Shown here: positions 52,901 through 61,900 of the stretch, in pieces
Layout of the letters: each line of letters starts with the position of its first letter
Position numbering within the stretch: position 1 is the stretch's first letter
DNA from: Octopus vulgaris
Taxonomy: Eukaryota
Reading direction: 5' to 3'
Assembly (NCBI GenBank): GCA_951406725.2
Contig: OX597817.1
Location: forward strand, 113,646,001-113,710,000
DNA: 64,000 nt
Translations under genes and position numbers: made by a program
Notes under the pieces: model-generated
Seen by the model: only the letters and a program-made list of their open reading frames with translations
Told to the model about the DNA's origin: nothing
Databases searched by the model: none

Positions 52901-55900
52901 TATTAAATAATGACGAGAGTGATAAATGCGTGCCTGGCTGGCTGTGCAGTTAAGAAGCTCATTTTGCAACCATGTGTTTTTGGGTTCAGTCCCACTATAA
53001 TCTGAGTTGTTTCTTTCTCCCTTTCTCACCACCAATTTCAGAAACCCTGCTAAAAAAAAAGGGGGAGGGGTAGGAGGTCATGGACTGCCCTTCCTTTTCT
53101 GAGCGAGTCACAAAAAGAAAAGGACACATTTAGACATAATTCCATTTCTTTATCAGTAACTTAACAGTTGAAATAAACAGTCAAGTGCCATCATTTGAAT
53201 CATTGATTTGTTTGGTTTTTGACCATTTATAGAAAGAATTAAACTTGATGTGGCTTTTGCTCTTTTTATTGATATGTTTGTCTTTCAGATTTGGAGAATG
53301 CCATCCTGAATTCTATATCGGATCATTAGATGATGCTATTAAGGATTCCTTGATGTTAAAAGCCAAAGAGGTGAGATGCTTTAAATTCTTACTTTGAGGT
53401 ACTTAGAGAAAATTAATGAAAACTAAATTTCTGTTGTGTATTTGTGTATGTGTTTGTATTGTTGCTTTTGTATTTTGTTTGAGCAATATGATTATAGTAC
53501 TAAATATGAAAACATAAATAATATTCTAGACTATCAGATGGCTGGTTACTGTAAGAAACTCCCTACATTCTGCTAACAATTACTTTGATGAGAAACTCAA
53601 AACTGATGACTCAATAGGATTTAAAAAGTTCTCAAATAAATCAGTGTTATGCATACAATGATGTGACAAATCAGTTGAGTTACTAATCAGTCAGCTCTGA
53701 CATGGTTTCATCCCCAAAATGGATTATTTAATTTCAATCATGGCTCATAACTGGATGTGTTTTTAGTGAATAATTTTTTTATGGTTTAGTTGGAAGGGAG
53801 AACAGTAGTGCCCATTACTTTTACTAGGTCTCCTGAGCTTAGCAGTAGGGAGAGGGAACTGAAAAATCTCAAAGAGTGTAGCAATAAGAAACAGCATATA
53901 AACATCTGAGTTATTCTGAAATCAATAAGTACAAAAAATATACAAGGACCTCTCAAAACTAAATTAAACACCCTTCATTATATTATTTTGTCTATGTGGA
54001 CACTTCTCATTAGTACAGTGCTGAAATGGGTTAAATTATTAGAAATTGCACAAGGCTGGTACCTGTACATGCTGGTGCCATGTAAAAAAACACCCAGCCT
54101 ACCCTGTAAAGTGGTTGTCATTAGGAAGGGCATGCAACTGTAGAAACCATGCCATAACAGACAGTGAAGCTTGGTGCAGTCCTTGCTAGCTCCTGTTAAA
54201 CCATCCAACCCATGCCAGCATTGCAGAATGGACATTAAGTGATAATGATGATGTCTACTAGATATCAGTGTTTAAAAGCATCAAATGACATTTTGTTTCT
54301 AGAAGTAAATCTTTCAGGGTGAGTGAAAAAAAGTTGGGTATTTACTTTTGCGATGTTTGTGTATAGGGGGTTGATAAAAAAAATCAGCATGGCTGCAGTC
54401 TATTAATTGAAACCAATAAAGGAATTTCTATCTTATTTTTATCAATTCTGTAATAAATAACATCACGTATAGATTTTAACCCTTTAGCTTTCAGATTTCC
54501 CTGTCACATGTAATGCTTATTTATTCACATTAAGTGGTGAGAAAAGATCTTCAAACACTGGGCCTCAGTGAGGAAATGACAATGGACCGAGAAGTTGTGA
54601 TTTGCTGTACTTGATAAAACATGTCAAGCTCAGTAAAATCACTGTCTTCCACACATGCAGGCTTGTCCTTTCAGGTGTCAGTGCCACTTAAAAGGCACAT
54701 GTGCCAGTTCTGCGTAAACACATCCTTGACAGTAACATGTAAAAAGCACCCGTCACACTCTGTAAAGTGGTTGGCATTATGAAGGGCATCCAGCTATAGA
54801 AACCATGCTACAGCAGACAGTTGGAGCTGGTGAGCCGAAATCTGTCCTGACTCCATGTCAAACCGTCCAACCTGTGCCAGCATGGAGACCAGACATTGAT
54901 GTTTTGAATTAATTATGGCTTATATTGTAGCTTCAAGATTTCGATGAGGTGATTTGTTTGTTTTTAGAATGACATAAGTAGGATATTTGCGAGAGGCCAA
55001 ATCTGGCTGATCTAAACATAAAACAAATACAATATTAGGGCCAGTTTAAATGCTAAAGGGTTAATTGAAAAAATTTTTTTTCTTTTCACCAGATGTTTTT
55101 CTTACTGTCATCTTTTGATTTCTCTTCCAGAGGAAACCACTGGCTGTGTATTTACATGATGACAAGAGTATCCTCACAAATGTTTTCTGTTCGAAGGTTT
55201 TATGCTCTCTAGAGGTTGTTAGTTACCTCACTGAAAATTTTTTTGTCTGGGCATGGGATATGACAAATGACAAGAATAAAAAACGGTAATTAATTTCTTT
55301 TATTTTTAATTGTATTCTTTTTTTAAATTCTAATTCACAATTTAATATCTATCTAGGTCTGTACATCATTACTAAATCAAAAAGCTTCTTCAGTTTCATT
55401 TTTGTGAGATGATTTATTCAAGAAGAATATTGTTTAGTGTTGGTATAATGATAAAAATATTTGGCCTGTTCCATCTACAGTAGTTGGCAAAGAAAGGGCA
55501 TTTATCCATAAATAGATCTCTTCAAAACTTTTAACAAAAAAGCCTTTGTCAGAATTTAGAGACCACTGTGTTACTTATCCTGCCAATCTATTTCTTTAAT
55601 AATGATAACAATAATAATAATAATAATTATTATTATTGTGGTAGTCAGCTGGCAGAAATGTTAGCATGCCGGGCAAAAGCTTAATGGTATTTCATCTGTC
55701 GCTGTGTTCTGAGTTCAAATTCTGCCAAGATGGACTCTGTCTTTCACCTTTTTGGGGTCGATAAATTAAGTACCAGTGAAACATTGGGGTCAATGTAATT
55801 GACTAGTCCCTTCCCCTAAAATTTCAGGCCTTGTACCTTTAGTAGAAAGGATTACTATTATTACATCAAACTGGCAGAATCGTTAGCTTACTTGACAAAA

Positions 55901-58900
55901 TACTTTGTAGCATTTCATCTGGCTTGACATTCTAAACTCAGATTCTGCCAAGATCAGTTTTGCTTTTCATTCTTTCAGGATTGAGAAAACAAGTACCAAT
56001 TGCACACTGAGTTGATGTAATCGCCTAGCTCCCTCCTTCCAAAATTTTAGGCTTTATGTCTATAGTAGAAAGGATTATTATGTCTAAGTTGGGAGCTAAT
56101 GCTCAACTTGGCTGGAAGAGATAAATGTTTCTTTGATAGGATGGCGATTTAGCAAAAGTATCATTAACAGATGATCTAATACTGTTTTTTCAACAACTAA
56201 ATAAACTGAGGAAATGCAGAATTGAAGAGATCTGTCCCAAAATACAAAGGAATGATTGCAGCAGATTCCTGAGTATTTAGTCTTAATATCATTTCCACTT
56301 CTTAATGATTTGTCTTTTTAAATGTTTATGCAGATTGCTCAGTAATGCGACCAAACATTTTGGCAGTGTTGCTGCAATGCAAATTAAGAATTATATACCA
56401 AACCAACTACCTTTATTATTGATCATCAGTCGTGCCAGGTCAACTAATGAAGTTTCAACTGTGATACAAGGTCAGTTAAGTGAAACTACTCTTGATTTGT
56501 GTTCCATGTTGAAAAGAACCTGTTTAAACATTGTTCTTGAATGTGAAATAGCTTGATTACAGAAAACAATACTTTTGTAGTAAGTAAAGCTGGGTGGTAA
56601 AGAAGCTTGACAGAGATGTGTGTGTGTGTGTGTTAGAGAGAGTGAGAGAGAGTTTGGAGGGATATATTATCCAGGCAAATACCGTATTGGCTCTCAGCTA
56701 AGTTCCATTTAACAGCTAGCCACTAAGACCAATATTTAATGTCTGTGACTACTATTTGCTACTAGTCACTCTCCGAATGCTTCTGATCGTTAATTCCATG
56801 TACACTTGACTGGATAGTAAAAATTGTCTGTAGTATATATTATTATTAATAATATATACTACTTGTGTGTTTATGGGTTTTTGTTGGTAGTTCATTGACA
56901 TGACCAATTCTTCCTGGCCTATATTCTCTGAGTTCTCAAACTGTGACATTGTCGTACTGTGTGTATGACAATTGGAGGAATTACCAGTGTTGTGTATACC
57001 TGCTTCTTGTATATATTGAATTTTTTTATGGTACCCAGCTCTAGCTAGAGCAGCATTATAATAAGTTGTATGTGATTCAAAAACTTTATTATTAGCAGAT
57101 TATCTAGAAGTTCTTGTAGAAAAAGTCTAAAGAAATTTTTCCTATGCCTTTCTGACTGTACTTTGCTACTTCTGTCCAGAAAAAAATAAGGCATCATCCC
57201 TATATAGATCCCTCTGTTACTTCTGTAAAGGAAGATTGAATTAATTAAAGGATAAATATTCCAACTAAGTTAGTGACCTGAGCAGAATCGTATGAGCCCA
57301 TTGCTATATCAAATGCCTTCTCCCTATCTGATCTGCTCCACAATCTACCATCATAATCTATTAGAGTGGCTCGTGCGGCAAGTATAATATCTATTTTGTG
57401 TTGAGACAAATCAGAATTTTTCATGCTATAAATCAGGGATTGATTAGGAATGATCAGGTTAATAGTGGCGTAATAGCTCTCTATATTTAGTTGCAAGAAT
57501 TTACTATTCTTACTAATTTCTAGAAGCTTAAACCATCCAACCACCTCTTGGGTATCGGACCAGAGGGCTAATCTAATTTTAGACTTAAGAACGGGTATTA
57601 CCTTATCAATGATTTTTTAAATAACAATGCCTATATCAAATTTAGGACAAATCAATCTGAGGGGTTGGACTGGCTCCTGTGCCGGTGGCATGTAAAAAGT
57701 ACCCACTACACTCTCAGAGTAGTTGGTATTAGGAAGGGCATCCAGCTGTAGAAACATTGCCAGATCAGATTGAAGCCTGGTATGGCTGCTGGCTCTCCAG
57801 CATGGAAAACGGATGTTAAAGGATGATGATGATAATATTAATATATTCTTTGATGTTTTTTTTTTAACCCCTTTGTAATTATATTCCTCAAGAAATATAC
57901 TACCTATTTGTTTCAGTTTGAAGATAACAAACTAGGGATTTAATTAAATAACTTTTGTATTGTTAAACTGATACTTGAGAAGTAACTTAACAAGAGGTTC
58001 TTTGATAAGATTATGATGAAAGATTTTTAACTTTTAAATTAGATATGAATACATTAAAATTATGTTCTGTATCCTGAAATCAGGGCAGTTTCAGGTGGGT
58101 TTGTATTAAAAGTTACTCATTTTCAAATAATCCAGCAACTGAAGAGACATTTTAGATTAGTTACCTGAACAGTTAGTTACCTGTGTACTATTGTGCTGCA
58201 ATATCAATGGAGAAAATTATTGGAATTTGAAAAAAAAAGTCTTTTATATTTCTAGGTTCAACAAATCTGGATGAACTTATGTCTAACCTAATAAGTGCTT
58301 TTGAACTTTTCCAAGACCAACAAAGGAAAGATATGGTGGAAGAGGTATAGTGTTTTATTCAATCCTTTCTTTATGCACTTCTTGATATTTAGAGATAAGC
58401 ATGGCTGTGTGGTTAGGAAGTTTGCTTCATAACTGCATGATTTGGGTTCAATTCCACCACATGGTATCTTGGGCAAATAACTTCTACTATAGCCATACTG
58501 ATTGTAGAAAACCTGTCATATGTACACACACACACACATCTGTGTATGTATTGTGTGTGTCTGATTAATCACGCTCTGTACTTTTCCCCAAAATATCATT
58601 GAGCTACAGCCAGTGACATTTGTTGTCACTTCCCAGCCAATAAATTCTTATAGCTATTTGGTTTCAAGATGAGTACAGTAAAAACTTCCTTACTTGAAAA
58701 TGCATTCATCCAACCCAACCCATGCTAGTGCAAGGGCTTCATTAAACAGGTGTTGAATAATTGGTAGGGCTGATTTTGGTTACATATTAAATCTGTGTTC
58801 ATTTAATGTTTTTGATGGTACCATTTATTTACACAAAAATATATAGAGGTTTTTGCTGAGAGTAAACCCTACACCGGTAACGTCTAGATAAGCATTTATT

Positions 58901-61900
58901 ACTAGAGATATGAGGGCATGTTGTGTAGGAAAAATACACAATCGTGTGCGTGCGTGCGTGCTTACATACATGCTTGCTTGTTCTATTTTGGGCAACTGTC
59001 TAACCAAGCTATTCCATCTGAATTTAATACCTTTGAATTTAGAACACAGTATGTTGTCAAGTATGAAAATCCCTTTGTTTGGTATGGAAGTTCTTTGTTG
59101 ACTCATAACATGTTTCAGAAATAACTTGATTGCCAACATTTCAGTGAGTATGATCATTGGGATTATTTGCTCACTGACAAAGTAGCTGAGTATTCCTCAT
59201 ACACTTGTAAGTTTAACATGATCTTCAGTCAGATTTAGCATGAGTGTGTGACAAGCAGCCTTCTTCAGCTTCATCTAGTTTCATGTTGACCTGAGCTTAT
59301 GGTAGAAGAGACTTGCTTAAGGCTACTAAGTTTGTAACATTTGCTTGTTGTATAAGTGCCATTACTAATTGAAATACCAAATATTTTTAATCAGAGGAAG
59401 AATTGGTGTTGATTTTTGAATGAAAGAATTTTTTTGCTATAAACAATTTTAAAAACTTTATTAAATTTGATTGTAATTTTTTCCACAGGATAAGAGAGAA
59501 ATCCGTGAATCAATTAAACAACAACAAGATGAGGCTTATGCTGCATCTCTTGTTGCTGACAGACTGAAGGTTTGTAACAGAGTTAGTTGTTTTTAATTTA
59601 ATTTGTTTTAGGATGGTGATTGGGAGTAGTATTAGAACACTGAGGAAACTACCTTGTGGTACTTGCATTCTTTACATTCTGAATTCAAATCTTTTTGGGG
59701 TCAACAAAATGAAGTGCTACCCAAGTACTGGGGTTCATGATATTGATTAGCCCCTTCCCCTAAATTTAAAGCCTTATGTCTGTGCTAGAAACTTTTTTTC
59801 ATTCCCCACTGTCCCTGGTTTATGTGAGTTGGTCAAAGAAGTGGCAGTTCCCATGGTCTTAGCAGTCTGATGAGGTTGATGAAGTTGATGTTTCAGCTTG
59901 AACATTTTCAAGCCAATGTTTGCAGAGTGCTAAGGTCCTAAGGGAGAAGAACTGGGAAGTATTTGGCATAGTATCTGGGAAATGTGTTGAGTATTAACCA
60001 TGTCTGGGTTACACAGACTGAAGAATTCTGTTTATTTTTCATTCCATGACATCAGGAGGAACGTCGACAGAGAGACATGGAAATTGAACGAGAGGCCCAA
60101 GAGAAAAAGGATGCTGAAGAAAAAGAGCGGGTAGAGAATGAAAAATCCAAAGCAGTAAGCAAAAAAATAAATTTTTAATTGTATTCTTTTTTTTCTTTAC
60201 AGTCATTGTTCCTTTGTTTTATATATCTGTGTTATATCGCACGTTCGGATGGCGTGCCTTCGCCAATAACGTACCTCTATTCAACTACCGAACTCGCACT
60301 TCCAGCAACTTGACTCAACAGGACTCGATGTCTAGTCTACCGATGGCTCCGGCTCGCTCTACGCGACGCTTCTATGGCTAGCTATCATGTTCACTATTTA
60401 TACGTATTGGACTAGCCTACTTATCATCTGGGGGCGTCCACACAACACCTCCCCCTTTTGAGAGTTTTTTTTTTCTAAACCCGAATTTATCAATTTTATT
60501 TCCTTGTTGAGAAACTGGCATATCGTTATCTCTTAGCGTTAATTTCCATCATTTCTGTAGGCTTTCTCTTCCTGTTTGACCTATGTGTCAGTTCTGCTTG
60601 TGGTTCTGGGACCTCGAACAAATCATACCATATATCCATTGGTTCCTCTTGCCTCTCTTGATTTTTGCTATATCTCTTTTTTTAATTGGTTTATATGCTT
60701 TGTGTGTTCATATTTTGGTCCTTTTACCATGTACATCCATTACCCAAACATCCAGTTATACTTCCTTGTTCCCAGTCCTGTTTACCATTTCTATATATTT
60801 TAAAATAAACTTCATCACCTGTGTTAAAAAATTTTATTCTTCCTGAATTTTCTATTTTCTGTTTCCTACTCAGCAACAATTTATCAAAAATAGAACAAAT
60901 TTTTCTGGAAAGCATCAAATCTGCAGATGACCTACCCGACTCTGCATTTGGATTCGGTGTTATTCTATGCACCTGCAAAAACTTTGTCATCTTTGTATCT
61001 TTAAGGGTTTCCCGTCTGGTCTTTCTTAAAGCTCTCTTGAATGTGTTGAATCTTTCTGCTAACCCATTTGACCTTGGGTGGTATGGCAGAGTTAACACAT
61101 GCTTCATTTGAACCAACTTACAGAATCTTTCGAACTCCTTCACCGTGAATTGTGTACCATTATCTGACACGATCGTATCTGGCACACTATAACGAGCGAA
61201 TAATTCTTCGAAGAAGTCAGTCGTCACACTTGTGGTTGGCCTTAAACATTTACACACTTCAGGCCATTTGGAATAGCTATCCACCACGATAATACGAGAG
61301 CCATTTATTGGTCCTGCGAAATCCACATGCAATATAGACCATGCCGAATCCGTTTTTGGTCACAATTGAATCTGCACTAGGGGTGCTTTTGCTGCCATAG
61401 CACATCCCTTACACTGTTTTACCAGTCTCTCAATTTGCTTGTCCATATTCGGCCAATAAACGTAACTCCTCATGAGGCTCTTCATCCGGACAATCTCTGG
61501 ACGTCTTACATGGAAGACTTTTAATACTCTGTATTGCAGTGCTTCAGGTATTACCACTCTGTGCATATAATAACTCATCACTTACTGAATAGTGCTTTGA
61601 ACCTGCGTCCCCACTCATTTATATTTTTCGTGTTACTCAACATATTTTTTAATCTTGTTTATGAGCCTATCTTTTCCTGATTCCAGTTAAATTTGTTCCA
61701 GCATTACCGGCAAATCATGTACTACATTGCACAAGATGGTCTTCAGTTCCATTTCTAGTTTTAACGATGCAATCATCGTGTCTTCAAAAGGTTCCTCATA
61801 TTTTGGAATTAGCCTAGACAACCTGTCTACGTGTCCCATTTTCATTGATGGCAAAAACTCCATCTGGAAATCGTAGTTCAACAGGGTAGTCCCCCAGTGC

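Noticed and set aside
60185-60312. Strong acceptor (tttctttacag, 60202) that could splice into the LTR as a UBX-less last exon
   Set aside because: Only 48 nt from the exon 14 donor and there is no transcript evidence.
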